A stretch of DNA of 64,000 bases from an uncultured Planctomycetaceae bacterium (lineage in GTDB: Bacteria; Planctomycetota; Planctomycetia; Planctomycetales; Planctomycetaceae). Under the pieces are notes generated by a model that had not been told where the DNA came from, did no database searches, and was given only the letters and a program-made list of their open reading frames with translations. Shown piece by piece: positions 40,774 through 49,932 of this stretch. The stretch lies in contig CAWVUS010000001.1 in assembly GCA_963933195.1 (NCBI GenBank), forward strand, positions 9,079 to 73,078, in the 5' to 3' direction. Position 1 is the stretch's first letter. Every line of letters begins with the position of its first letter. A program made the position numbers and the translations under genes.

Positions 40774-42396
40774 ATGATGTTCACCACCCGCCTGGGCCGT
40801 CTGGCCACACTCTGCCTGCTTCTCGGGAGCTGCTGCGGTGCCAATCTCTCCGCCGCGGAACGGCCCAACATCGTTCTGATATTCACTGACGACCATGCCT
40901 CGCACGCGTTGTCCTGTTACGGATCGAAGATCAACAAAACCCCTCAACTCGACCGGCTGGCCCGCGAGGGAATGCTGTTCCACAACTGCTTCTGCACCAA
41001 TTCGATCTGCGCCCCGAGCCGGGCCGTCATTCTCACCGGCAAGCACAGCCATCTCAACGGCGTGGTTGACAATCGTGTTCGCTTCAATGGGAAACAACAG
41101 ACCTTTCCCAAGCTCTTGCAGAAGGTGGGCTATCAAACGGCCATGATCGGCAAGTGGCATCTCAAGAGCCGCCCCACCGGTTTCGATCAATACGAGGTCC
41201 TGATTGGGCAGGGACCGTATTACAACCCGCCCATGATCCGAAACGGCGAGCGAGTCAAACACGTCGGCTACACGACCGACATCGTCACCGACATCGCCCT
41301 GAAGTTCCTCAAGTCTCGTGACGCCGACAAGCCCTTCATGCTGATGTTTCAACACAAGGCACCTCACCGGAACTGGCAGCCTGGCCCCAGACACTTGACG
41401 CTCTACGACGACGTCACGATTCCCGAACCCGACAACCTCTTCGACAACTACGTTGGCCGCGGAACGGCCGCCCGGACTCAGGACATGTCGATCGCCCGAA
41501 CCATGACTCCTTATGACCTCAAGCTGGTCCCCCCGCGCAATCTCAACCCCGCCCAGTTGAAGGTCTGGAATGCGGCCTACCAGCCCAAAAATGAAGCCTT
41601 CCGCAAAGCCAACCCCAAGGGCAAGGAGCTGATCCGTTGGAAGTACCAACGCTACATCAAGGACTATCTGCGGTGCATCGCCAGTGTCGACGACAACGTC
41701 GGCCGCATCCTGGATTACCTCGACACCTCCGGCCTGGCCAAAAACACGGTCGTCATCTACTCATCCGACCAGGGCTTCTACCTTGGTGACCACGGATGGT
41801 TCGACAAGCGATTCATGTACGAAGAGAGTTTCCGGATGCCCCTGATGGTTCGCTGGCCTGGCCACATCGCCCCCGGCAGCGTCAATTCCGACCTGGTCAG
41901 TAACCTCGACTTCGCTCAAACTTTTCTGGACCTTGCCGGAGCCACCTCCGCCCCGGGCATGCAGGGCCGGAGCCTCCGTCCGCTCTTTTCGGGCAAAACA
42001 CCCGCCGACTGGCGCAAGACACTCTTTTACCAGTACTACGAATTTCCGGGCCCCCACAGTGTGCGTCGGCACATGGGTGTTCGCGACGCCCGTTACAAGC
42101 TGATCCACTTCTACAATCTCGATGAGTGGGAACTCTACGATCTCAAAAAAGATCCCCGCGAGATGCGGTCCGTCTACGAATCGCCAGAATATGCAGCCGT
42201 CACCGCGCGACTGAAAGCGGAACTGGACCGACTCCGCAAGCACTACCGCGTCCCTGACGACCGGGGAAGTATCTCGAAACAGGGAAAGCCCAAAAAGGCA
42301 CTCAAGCGAAAGAAGCCCACGACCCGTAAGAAAAAGAAGACGACCACAACAACACGGATCCAGACATCCAGTTCGCAGGCGGTGACCGGGAGTTAG
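40774..42396 (+). CDS. Sulfatase (formylglycine-dependent) with Lys/Thr-rich C-terminal tail
   Basis: Signal peptide ([20 protein letters not shown]), [11 protein letters not shown], and the formylglycine motif CAPSR within [14 protein letters not shown]. The tail is [24 protein letters not shown]. Start moved to ATG 40774. Confidence 0.85.
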   Translation: MMFTTRLGRLATLCLLLGSCCGANLSAAERPNIVLIFTDDHASHALSCYGSKINKTPQLDRLAREGMLFHNCFCTNSICAPSRAVILTGKHSHLNGVVDNRVRFNGKQQTFPKLLQKVGYQTAMIGKWHLKSRPTGFDQYEVLIGQGPYYNPPMIRNGERVKHVGYTTDIVTDIALKFLKSRDADKPFMLMFQHKAPHRNWQPGPRHLTLYDDVTIPEPDNLFDNYVGRGTAARTQDMSIARTMTPYDLKLVPPRNLNPAQLKVWNAAYQPKNEAFRKANPKGKELIRWKYQRYIKDYLRCIASVDDNVGRILDYLDTSGLAKNTVVIYSSDQGFYLGDHGWFDKRFMYEESFRMPLMVRWPGHIAPGSVNSDLVSNLDFAQTFLDLAGATSAPGMQGRSLRPLFSGKTPADWRKTLFYQYYEFPGPHSVRRHMGVRDARYKLIHFYNLDEWELYDLKKDPREMRSVYESPEYAAVTARLKAELDRLRKHYRVPDDRGSISKQGKPKKALKRKKPTTRKKKKTTTTTRIQTSSSQAVTGS

Positions 42397-42403
42397 TCGG
42401 AGT

Positions 42404-43579
42404 ATGCTGGCATTCGTCCTGGCCTGCGTGGCCCCCTCGCTGGTGCTGTCGGCGTTGACCACCGCCCTGCTACGGCGATGGGCTCCGGCCTGGGGCCTGG
42501 TCGACCGGCCCGGCCCTCGAAAAGTCCACGACGTGCCCACTCCACTGGGAGGTGGTATCGCGGTGTGGATTTCGGTCGTCACCCCGCTGGCAATCGTTTC
42601 GTTGCTGGCCGTTGACGGGGTCCCGGGACTCTCGCTGAAGCAGGTCCTGCCGGCAGCCGCCATCACCGATCTCGATCTTTCCCGGCTCCCCTCACGACTG
42701 CCGATGCTGTGGGGCATCCTGGGTGGAGCCACCCTGCTGGGGACAGTTGGCTTGATCGACGACTTCCGCAACTTGCCATGGGGGCCGCGACTGGCTGTCC
42801 AGGTTCTCGTCGCAACGGGGCTGGTCCTTGGAGGTGTCCGCGGATCGCTGTTTGTACAGAATTCGCTGATCGGGGGAGTGTTGACGGTGCTCTGGATGCT
42901 GGTCCTGGTGAACTCGTTCAATTTCCTGGACAACATGGACGGGCTTTCGCCGGGCATCGCCATGATCGCCGCAACACTGTTTGCCACCGTCATGCTCGTG
43001 GGAACTCCCCAGCCTCACTGGTTGGTCGCAGGAGTCCTTTTGATTCTGGCTGGCACGCTGGCGGGCTTTCTGTGTCACAACTGGCCACCGGCGACGATCT
43101 TCCTGGGCGACGCCGGCAGCTATTTCATCGGCTGCCTGCTCGCCGCATTCACTGTCGTGGGAACCTTCTACGAACCCGATCCTGACACCGCATCAACCTC
43201 ACGACACGTGATCCTGGCCCCCTTGCTGATCCTGGCCATCCCGTTGTACGACTTCACCAGCGTGATGTTGATCCGCCTGGCCCGAAGACAGAGCCTCTTC
43301 AAGGCCGACAAGAATCACTTTTCCCATCGACTCGTCGACATGGGACTCTCGCGACGCAATGCCGTGCTGACGGTGCACCTGATCACGTTGATGACCGGAC
43401 TGGGAGGTGTCCTGCTGTTTCACGTCGACAACTGGATGGCGGCCCTGCTGATCGTGGCATTGATCACCTGCATCCTGGTCGTGATCGCGATCCTGGAAAC
43501 CGTCGCCCGTCCCACCCCAGCCGAAACATCCGCCAATCTCTCCTCCGTCTCTGAACACGACGAGGAGACGCATGCCTAA
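42404..43579 (+). CDS. Polyprenyl-phosphate N-acetylhexosamine-1-phosphate transferase (WecA/MraY family, glycosyltransferase 4)
   Basis: Polytopic membrane protein with NSFNFLDNMDGL (the family NxxNxxDGxDGL motif) and LGDAGSYFIG. Confidence 0.8.
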   Translation: MLAFVLACVAPSLVLSALTTALLRRWAPAWGLVDRPGPRKVHDVPTPLGGGIAVWISVVTPLAIVSLLAVDGVPGLSLKQVLPAAAITDLDLSRLPSRLPMLWGILGGATLLGTVGLIDDFRNLPWGPRLAVQVLVATGLVLGGVRGSLFVQNSLIGGVLTVLWMLVLVNSFNFLDNMDGLSPGIAMIAATLFATVMLVGTPQPHWLVAGVLLILAGTLAGFLCHNWPPATIFLGDAGSYFIGCLLAAFTVVGTFYEPDPDTASTSRHVILAPLLILAIPLYDFTSVMLIRLARRQSLFKADKNHFSHRLVDMGLSRRNAVLTVHLITLMTGLGGVLLFHVDNWMAALLIVALITCILVVIAILETVARPTPAETSANLSSVSEHDEETHA

Positions 43580-45830
43580 GATGTCTCGCCCCGCCGCGGC
43601 ATCCGAAGCCCACCCCGACCAATCGCCGGCGTGGCTGGCCATCGCGATCAGCCTGCTGGTTGCCCGCTGGCTGTTGCCGGCAGAATCGACCGTGACCGGA
43701 AGCACCTTGTGGCTGGTCGGGGGTTGGCTGCTCCTGGCCTCGATCTGGGCACTCGCCCGGCTACGGGCCTGGCACATCGCCCCACTGAACCTCGACCGCT
43801 TTGACCTGGCGGTCGCCCTGCTCGTTTTTCCTCAAATCGTCTCGGCACTACTGCTCATCGGCGCCTCAGACGGCAACGCTCGGGCGGCAGCCAACATGGG
43901 GTGCGAGTGGATCGCCCTGCTGGTGAGTTTCGTACTGCTCCGTCGGTGGCTGCCACATCGAATCCATTTCCAGGCCATCCTGCGTGTCGCGTGGTCCGTG
44001 GCAGTAGGAATCTCGATCCTGGGAATCTGGCAACACCACGTCGGGTACCAGCAGTCGGTTGCCGATTTCGACAGGCTCGAGACTCAACTCGCCACCGCCA
44101 TCCGAAACGAAAACACCTCGGAGGCTCGCCGGCTACAGTCGGAACTGGTGGCTGCCGGAATCCCGCTCGACGGCCCCGCCCGACAACTCTGGGAACGCCG
44201 ACTCCGAGACAGCCGCGAACCTTATGGCTTCTTCGCGTTGGCCAACACGCTCGGTGGATTCCTGGCCCCACTCCTGCTCGTAGGCCTGGCACATTGTCCG
44301 ACCACGTGGCGGTCGTGGCGGCTATGGCCTGGCCGACCCCGCACTCGACTGGCGCTGTTTCTGGCCGGACTCATCCTGGTGGCCTACTGCCTGTTGCTCA
44401 CCAAGAGCCGTACGGCATGGATCGGCTTCACCATCGGAGGCATGGTGCTGGTTGGAGAGAACCTGTGGAAATGGTTGCGGGAACACCCCGGCCGCACGGC
44501 CCTGGCCGCGGCTCTGCCGGTGCTGTCCGTGACCGTTGTCCTGGCAACCGGCGGGATCGACCGTGAAGTGTTGACCGAAGCCCCCAAGTCACTGGCGTAT
44601 CGGTTCGAGTACTGGCAGGGCACGCTGGGCGTGATCTCAACCAGGCCGTTGGTCGGCACCGGTCCCGGCAACTTCCGCCAGCACTACCTGGCCCACAAGC
44701 TGGAAGGGTCCAGCGAGGAGATTGCTGATCCGCACAACTTCGTCCTGGAAGCCACCGCCACGGCTGGACTCCTGGGATTCGCGGGACTGGCAGCCTGTGT
44801 GGCCCTGCTGCTTCGCGGTCGACACGGCCACACAGACGGTCCGACTGCCGAATCGCTCACCGAGAACTATTCAACCGGCGTACTATTGCTCGGAGGCGGC
44901 GGCGGATTCGTGCTGGCACTGGCTCCGGGATGGCTGCTGGGCGGAACTCTCGACACTCGCCTGTTGAGCATTCTGGCCAGTTTTGTTGTCGCAGGAGCAT
45001 TCCTGCCCACGATGGAGTTGCGGGGACGTCTCCAACGCCGGGTGTCCCTGGCCGCGATAGTCGCGATACTGATCCACCTCTCGGCGGCCGGTGGTTTTGC
45101 CCGCCCGGCGATCATGCAGTTGGTTCTGTTGATGACCATCGGCTGGCTTCCTGCACCTGAGGTCTCACGCCCCTCGGACCAGTCACCTGACACGGCTTCA
45201 CTGAAGTCCGCCCGGCTGACAGCCATTGGTTGTGGGTTGCTGTTCGTCCTGGTGTGTGTCTGTGGGCTTCTGCCGGTCTTCAAACAATCAACTGCCCAAC
45301 AAGTTGCCACCAACGCCTTGTTGAGTGGTCAGCAAGCCCAAGCCGCACGACTGTTGACCGAGGCCCAGCACGCCGACCCGCTCGACCCAACCCCGACACG
45401 ACGTCTCACGTCGCTGAGAATCGACCTGGGACGTCTGGATTCGGCCCCTGCCGATTTCTCTGACCAGGCCATTCGTGCCGGCCTCGCCACCGCCCAACGC
45501 GATCCCCACAACTGGTCAACAGCCCATGACCTCGCTCGCAGCTATCGACTGCGATGGCAACGAGACCACGACGACTCGGACCGGCGTGAAGTGATCAAGT
45601 GGGGCACCACGGCCGTGGACCGCTACCCGAGCAATCCACGCCTGCATGCGTGGCTGGCCCGGACACTCGACGAGATCGGGCAAGAACAATCGGCCCGAGA
45701 CCAGGCTCGAGAAACACTTCGCCTGCATCGTTTGCTCGAACAACGAGGACACGTCGACAAGTTGTTGAGCGACGAACATCTCGAGGAGATGAGGGCCTTG
45801 CTCGCGGTTCCTGATACCGCCATTCCCTGA
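43572..45830 (+). CDS. O-antigen ligase-like (Wzy_C) polytopic membrane protein with C-terminal TPR-like helical domain
   Basis: LLLTKSRTAWIGFTIGG and GTGPGNFRQHY resemble the Wzy_C/O-antigen ligase loop signatures. The last ~200 aa are soluble and helical-repeat-like. The start overlaps the WecA-like gene by 8 nt. Confidence 0.65.
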   Translation: MPKMSRPAAASEAHPDQSPAWLAIAISLLVARWLLPAESTVTGSTLWLVGGWLLLASIWALARLRAWHIAPLNLDRFDLAVALLVFPQIVSALLLIGASDGNARAAANMGCEWIALLVSFVLLRRWLPHRIHFQAILRVAWSVAVGISILGIWQHHVGYQQSVADFDRLETQLATAIRNENTSEARRLQSELVAAGIPLDGPARQLWERRLRDSREPYGFFALANTLGGFLAPLLLVGLAHCPTTWRSWRLWPGRPRTRLALFLAGLILVAYCLLLTKSRTAWIGFTIGGMVLVGENLWKWLREHPGRTALAAALPVLSVTVVLATGGIDREVLTEAPKSLAYRFEYWQGTLGVISTRPLVGTGPGNFRQHYLAHKLEGSSEEIADPHNFVLEATATAGLLGFAGLAACVALLLRGRHGHTDGPTAESLTENYSTGVLLLGGGGGFVLALAPGWLLGGTLDTRLLSILASFVVAGAFLPTMELRGRLQRRVSLAAIVAILIHLSAAGGFARPAIMQLVLLMTIGWLPAPEVSRPSDQSPDTASLKSARLTAIGCGLLFVLVCVCGLLPVFKQSTAQQVATNALLSGQQAQAARLLTEAQHADPLDPTPTRRLTSLRIDLGRLDSAPADFSDQAIRAGLATAQRDPHNWSTAHDLARSYRLRWQRDHDDSDRREVIKWGTTAVDRYPSNPRLHAWLARTLDEIGQEQSARDQARETLRLHRLLEQRGHVDKLLSDEHLEEMRALLAVPDTAIP

Positions 45831-45869
45831 AGACTGCTTCCGATCGCCCCCCGCGTCTTTCAGCCGCAA

Positions 45870-45899
45870 TTGACCGACTCGAAAACCCCAATCTAGAAT
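45870..45899 (+). promoter_or_regulatory. Candidate sigma70-type promoter upstream of the DUF1573 gene string
   Basis: TTGACC (45870-45875), 18-nt spacer, TAGAAT (45894-45899), lying in a 221-nt intergenic gap. Confidence 0.35.
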
Positions 45900-46051
45900 A
45901 GCCACGGTTGATCACGAATCCTCATGAAGGTGCCCCGGGCAAAGACTCCAGCCAAGCCGGTGATCTTGTCGATTTTGTAGAACAAGCCAGTCCAGTCTTC
46001 CGCGGACGTTGATTGGCTACTTACCCGACGCTACATCCCCGAAAGGTTCTC

Positions 46052-47293
46052 ATGCGTATCGTCGCTGTCACTCTGTCACTGATCTTCGGAATCAGTGCGT
46101 TGTTTTTGGTTGTCAAATCCTATCGGGAATCAACAACCGTCACGGTCAGCCCCATTGATTCGTCCTCGTTGCCGTCTCCGTCGAAGTCCGGCCCACACCC
46201 CAAGGCCGTGCTGGTTGGCGGTGGTGAATACGACTTTGGAATCATGGAACAGGGACAGGAATCCCAGCATGTCTTTGTCATCCGCAACGATGGAGAAGCC
46301 CCGTTGCGACTGGCGGCCAACTACCAGGGCGCCAACACCTGCGAATGCACGGTCGGCAGCCTGGAACGCGATCTCATCGAACCCGGTGAAACCGTCAATG
46401 TCACCGTCTCGTGGGGTATCAAGAAACCGGTCGTGGGATTCGCGCATTCAGCGAGAATCCGGACCAACGACCCCGACCACGTCACGATCCCACTTTTGAT
46501 CAAGGGAGTGATTGGCCGCCGGGCAGTCATCCGCCCCTCGACCACCTGGACGCTTGGACAACTCGACAGCGACGGCACTGTCGACGTCGACCTGACGCTG
46601 CACAGCGAGATTTCGGACCAATTCAAGTTGCTGAAGATCGAGAATCCATCGGGACGAATCGTGACCAAGACCCAGCCTCTTGACGCCGAGGAACTCAAGG
46701 CCCTTGGCGCTGCCGACACCGCATCGCCAGCCGCCAAGAAGAAAATGGACAAGGCGATCACCCGGCTTAAGGCTGGATCGCAGCGACCACTGCCCAAGTC
46801 CGGTTACAAGATCACCGCCACGGTTGACTCCTCCAAGTTCGCCTCTGGCCCATTCCTCGAGACACTCACCTTCCACACTGATCTCTCCGAGGACCACGAG
46901 ATCAGTTTTCACATCCGCGGCAGTCGTTCGGGAATGATCGAGTTCATGAGAACTCCGGGTAACGAGTGGGACAGCAAGAACCTGGTCTTGCGACTGGGAA
47001 CATTCGCCGCAGCAAAAGGGAAATCTGTGCGGATCCCGATGCTGGTCAAAGACGTCACCGGCGATGGAAAAATCCAGATCAAGTCGGTCAAACCCAAGTT
47101 CCTCGAGATCAAATTTGAACGGGACACGGAGTTCCCGGCCAAGAAGAACCGTCGCTACTGGATGACAATGACCGTCCCCAAGGGACAACCTTCCATCGTG
47201 CTGACCGCTCGGCGATATGGAGAAGTCATCCTCGAGTTCGATGGCGACACGAAACGCACCATGAGATTCTTTGTCGGCTTCGTCTCACGCTAA
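46052..47293 (+). CDS. Membrane-anchored DUF1573-like protein
   Basis: N-terminal anchor (IVAVTLSLIFGISALFLVV). The GGEYDFGIMEQGQESQHVFVIRNDGEAPLRL segment matches the DUF1573 signature (FDFG...G......F.i.N.G...L). Start set at ATG 46052 (AGG 6 nt upstream); the track TTG is at 46013. Confidence 0.6.
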   Translation: MRIVAVTLSLIFGISALFLVVKSYRESTTVTVSPIDSSSLPSPSKSGPHPKAVLVGGGEYDFGIMEQGQESQHVFVIRNDGEAPLRLAANYQGANTCECTVGSLERDLIEPGETVNVTVSWGIKKPVVGFAHSARIRTNDPDHVTIPLLIKGVIGRRAVIRPSTTWTLGQLDSDGTVDVDLTLHSEISDQFKLLKIENPSGRIVTKTQPLDAEELKALGAADTASPAAKKKMDKAITRLKAGSQRPLPKSGYKITATVDSSKFASGPFLETLTFHTDLSEDHEISFHIRGSRSGMIEFMRTPGNEWDSKNLVLRLGTFAAAKGKSVRIPMLVKDVTGDGKIQIKSVKPKFLEIKFERDTEFPAKKNRRYWMTMTVPKGQPSIVLTARRYGEVILEFDGDTKRTMRFFVGFVSR

Positions 47294-47333
47294 CGCCCTT
47301 TTCGCCACCTCTCACTGTCGACTCACAAACCAC

Positions 47334-48869
47334 ATGTCACGCTGGACCGCCTTGTTCCTGGTCACTCTGACGGCCGTCATCGGCCTGGCCATGTGGTACT
47401 GGTTTACTCCGGGCGAGACTCCTTCCGGACTCGTACCGAAGTCGCCGGTTTCCCAGCCGTCACCAGACCCCCTGCTCCAGGATTGGCCCCACGATCAACT
47501 CACGCTGGTCGTCTCGGGTGAACAACACGGATACCTCGAGCCCTGTGGCTGCTCCGAGACGCAATCCGGAGGCTATTCACGGCGCGCTGACCTGCTCAGG
47601 CAGATGACCAAGCGAGGCTTCAAACCGGTCTCGTTGGACCTGGGCGGACTGGTCCAGCGACGGCGTGAACAGAGTCGTCTGAAGTACCAGACGATGTTGT
47701 CGGCCCTGGCCGACATGTCCTACGTGGCGGTCGGAGTCGGCCCCGAAGATCTTGCTCTCGGAGCCGACTTCTTGCTCTCCCAGGGAGACACCGAAGTATC
47801 CGAATCGAATCCTTCGCCCCCGCGTCCGTCCCTGTTGGCAGCCAATGTTCGATTGTTCGACACCGACGATCTCCCGGGGGCCCCTCTTGCCAGCCGGCTG
47901 ATCAAGTCGGACCAGCATACAATCGGTATCACCGCGATCCTCGACCCCGCGCTGGCCAGGCCACTCGCGGCTGCCGGCGCACTCAACGACGTGACGATCC
48001 AGCCTCCCGAAGATGTTCTCCCGGGAGTGATCAACTCGCTGGTTGGAAAGGGAGCCACGCTGCTGGTGCTCCTCTCCCACGCCCCGGTCGACACTTCTCT
48101 GGCACTCGCTCAGCAATTTCCCCGTTTCGACCTCGTGATCAGTGCGGGCGGCCCCGAGGACCCCCTGACAGACAATCCACGCCAGGTTGGCACCACCACC
48201 GTGGTGACGGTTGGACAAAAAGGAAAATACGTCGGGGTCATCAGTATCGCTCCCAAGACAATGACACCTCGGACCAGATTCGAACTGGTCAACCTCGACA
48301 ACCAGAGATTCTCCGATCATCCGAAGATGATCCAGGCCATGCGAACTTATCAACAGACACTCGAACAACTCGACCTCGCCGCCGCGATGCTGCCTATCGA
48401 CACCAGCGGAAACCGCCGATTCGTGGGTTCGGCCAAGTGCGGCGAATGCCACACCCAGGCCCTGGCGAAATGGAAACACACTCCACACTCCCATGCCTTC
48501 GAAAGCCTGATCACCGGACGGGCCGGACAGGAAGACAACTGGGTACCGCGGGCATTCGACGCCGAGTGTCTCAGTTGCCATGTCACCGGTTGGGAACCCC
48601 AGAAAGTGCTTCCCTTCAAGAGTGGGTTTGTCGACAAAAACACCTCGTCACATCTTCTGGGCAACGGCTGTGAGAATTGCCACGGCCCGGGTGACCGACA
48701 CGTGGAACTGGTCGAGTCCGGTGATGTCGAGCAATCGCTGTCCGAGGTGCGAGTCACTCTCGAGCAGGCTCGCCGCAAGACCTGTATCGCATGTCACGAT
48801 CTCGACAACAGCCCGAAATTCAAATTTGACACTTACTGGCCACGCATTGCCCATCCCGGACGAGACTGA
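47334..48869 (+). CDS. Membrane-anchored tetrahaem c-type cytochrome fused to a degenerate 5'-nucleotidase/metallophosphoesterase-like domain
   Basis: Four CxxCH motifs lie in the last ~150 aa (CGECH, CLSCH, CENCH, CIACH). N-terminal anchor is WTALFLVTLTAVIGLAMWYWF. The intervening region begins LTLVVSGEQHGYLEPCGC...GGYSRRADLL, resembling the start of UshA-like phosphoesterases but without the Asp/His ligands. Confidence 0.7.
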   Translation: MSRWTALFLVTLTAVIGLAMWYWFTPGETPSGLVPKSPVSQPSPDPLLQDWPHDQLTLVVSGEQHGYLEPCGCSETQSGGYSRRADLLRQMTKRGFKPVSLDLGGLVQRRREQSRLKYQTMLSALADMSYVAVGVGPEDLALGADFLLSQGDTEVSESNPSPPRPSLLAANVRLFDTDDLPGAPLASRLIKSDQHTIGITAILDPALARPLAAAGALNDVTIQPPEDVLPGVINSLVGKGATLLVLLSHAPVDTSLALAQQFPRFDLVISAGGPEDPLTDNPRQVGTTTVVTVGQKGKYVGVISIAPKTMTPRTRFELVNLDNQRFSDHPKMIQAMRTYQQTLEQLDLAAAMLPIDTSGNRRFVGSAKCGECHTQALAKWKHTPHSHAFESLITGRAGQEDNWVPRAFDAECLSCHVTGWEPQKVLPFKSGFVDKNTSSHLLGNGCENCHGPGDRHVELVESGDVEQSLSEVRVTLEQARRKTCIACHDLDNSPKFKFDTYWPRIAHPGRD

Positions 48870-48872
48870 AGC

Positions 48873-49205
48873 ATGCCCGTAGACGTACCCAGCCGCATCC
48901 GTTTCCTGACCGAGGAAGCCCTGCTGTGCCTCGATTGGTCCGATGGCCAGTCGTACCAAATCCCCTTTCGTGCACTCAGACAATTGTGCCCATGTGCCGG
49001 GTGTGTCAGCGAAACCACCGGTCAACGTGTCTTGGACCCCAACTCCGTGCCGACCGACATTCACCCGACAAGTGTCAGTCACACGGGGAGCTATGCCTTG
49101 AAAATCACCTGGAGCGATGATCACGACACGGGGTTGTTCACCTGGGAATATCTCAACGAGATCGGAATAGCGATCGAACAACTCGAGAACGATGATGCCG
49201 ATTGA
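48873..49205 (+). CDS. DUF971 domain protein (gamma-butyrobetaine hydroxylase N-terminal-like)
   Basis: LLCLDWSDGQSYQIPFRALRQLCPCAGC ... ALKITWSDDHDTGLFTWEYL matches the duplicated DUF971 pattern. The ATG is 3 nt after the cytochrome stop. Confidence 0.7.
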   Translation: MPVDVPSRIRFLTEEALLCLDWSDGQSYQIPFRALRQLCPCAGCVSETTGQRVLDPNSVPTDIHPTSVSHTGSYALKITWSDDHDTGLFTWEYLNEIGIAIEQLENDDAD

Positions 49206-49761
49206 AGTCGAACTGAAATTCCCGCTGGTCGACGAGGCGCCGACAGCCGCGGAGATCGTCGAGCAACTCGAAGCGATCGGCGGACAGGCCCAACCACCCC
49301 GTCAGCAACACGACCACTACTACACCCACCCGGGCCGTGACTTCGGCGAAACTGACGAGGCGTTGCGGATTCGTGAAGACAACGACCAGTTGCGATTGAC
49401 GTACAAGGGGCCGCTGATGGACGACGTGGCCAAAACGCGACTGGAACTGGAAACCGGGATCGAGTCCGCCGAGATCGCCGATGGGATTCTCGTGGCACTT
49501 GGTTTTCGCCTTCTCCGGACCGTTTCCAAACAACGCCGACCGTTTGACGTTCAGTGGCGGAATCTCCCGGTCGAAGTGGTGATCGACCAGGTCGAGGGAC
49601 TCGGCGAGTTCGTCGAACTGGAGACGATCAGCGACGTCGATGGTCACCAGTCGGCGCGCGACCACCTGCTGGACCTCGCCACAACGATGGGGCTCGTAGA
49701 CAGCGAGCGACGGAGTTACCTGGGCTTGCTGTTGCTGGCCAACCCACCTCGGGACGACTGA
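49192..49761 (+). CDS. CYTH domain protein (class IV adenylate cyclase / triphosphate tunnel metalloenzyme family)
   Basis: IEVELKF at the N-terminus, LRIRE, LTYKGP, KTRLELE, and DQVEGLGEFVELE are signature strands of CyaB-like CYTH proteins. Overlaps the DUF971 gene by 14 nt. Confidence 0.75.
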   Translation: MMPIEVELKFPLVDEAPTAAEIVEQLEAIGGQAQPPRQQHDHYYTHPGRDFGETDEALRIREDNDQLRLTYKGPLMDDVAKTRLELETGIESAEIADGILVALGFRLLRTVSKQRRPFDVQWRNLPVEVVIDQVEGLGEFVELETISDVDGHQSARDHLLDLATTMGLVDSERRSYLGLLLLANPPRDD

Positions 49762-49932
49762 ACTTTTCTATTGAATCGTCTCCGGAATCAGATTTTCGAC
49801 AGACTGGCGTTGAAAACCAGACCGCCAACGGCGAATATTCACATCCCGGCGCAGGATAGTGCCGGTCAATTCATGCGTCCGGCAATTGCTACGCAATCCG
49901 GACGCGGCGCGGGACAAAGGAGTGAGAACCCC

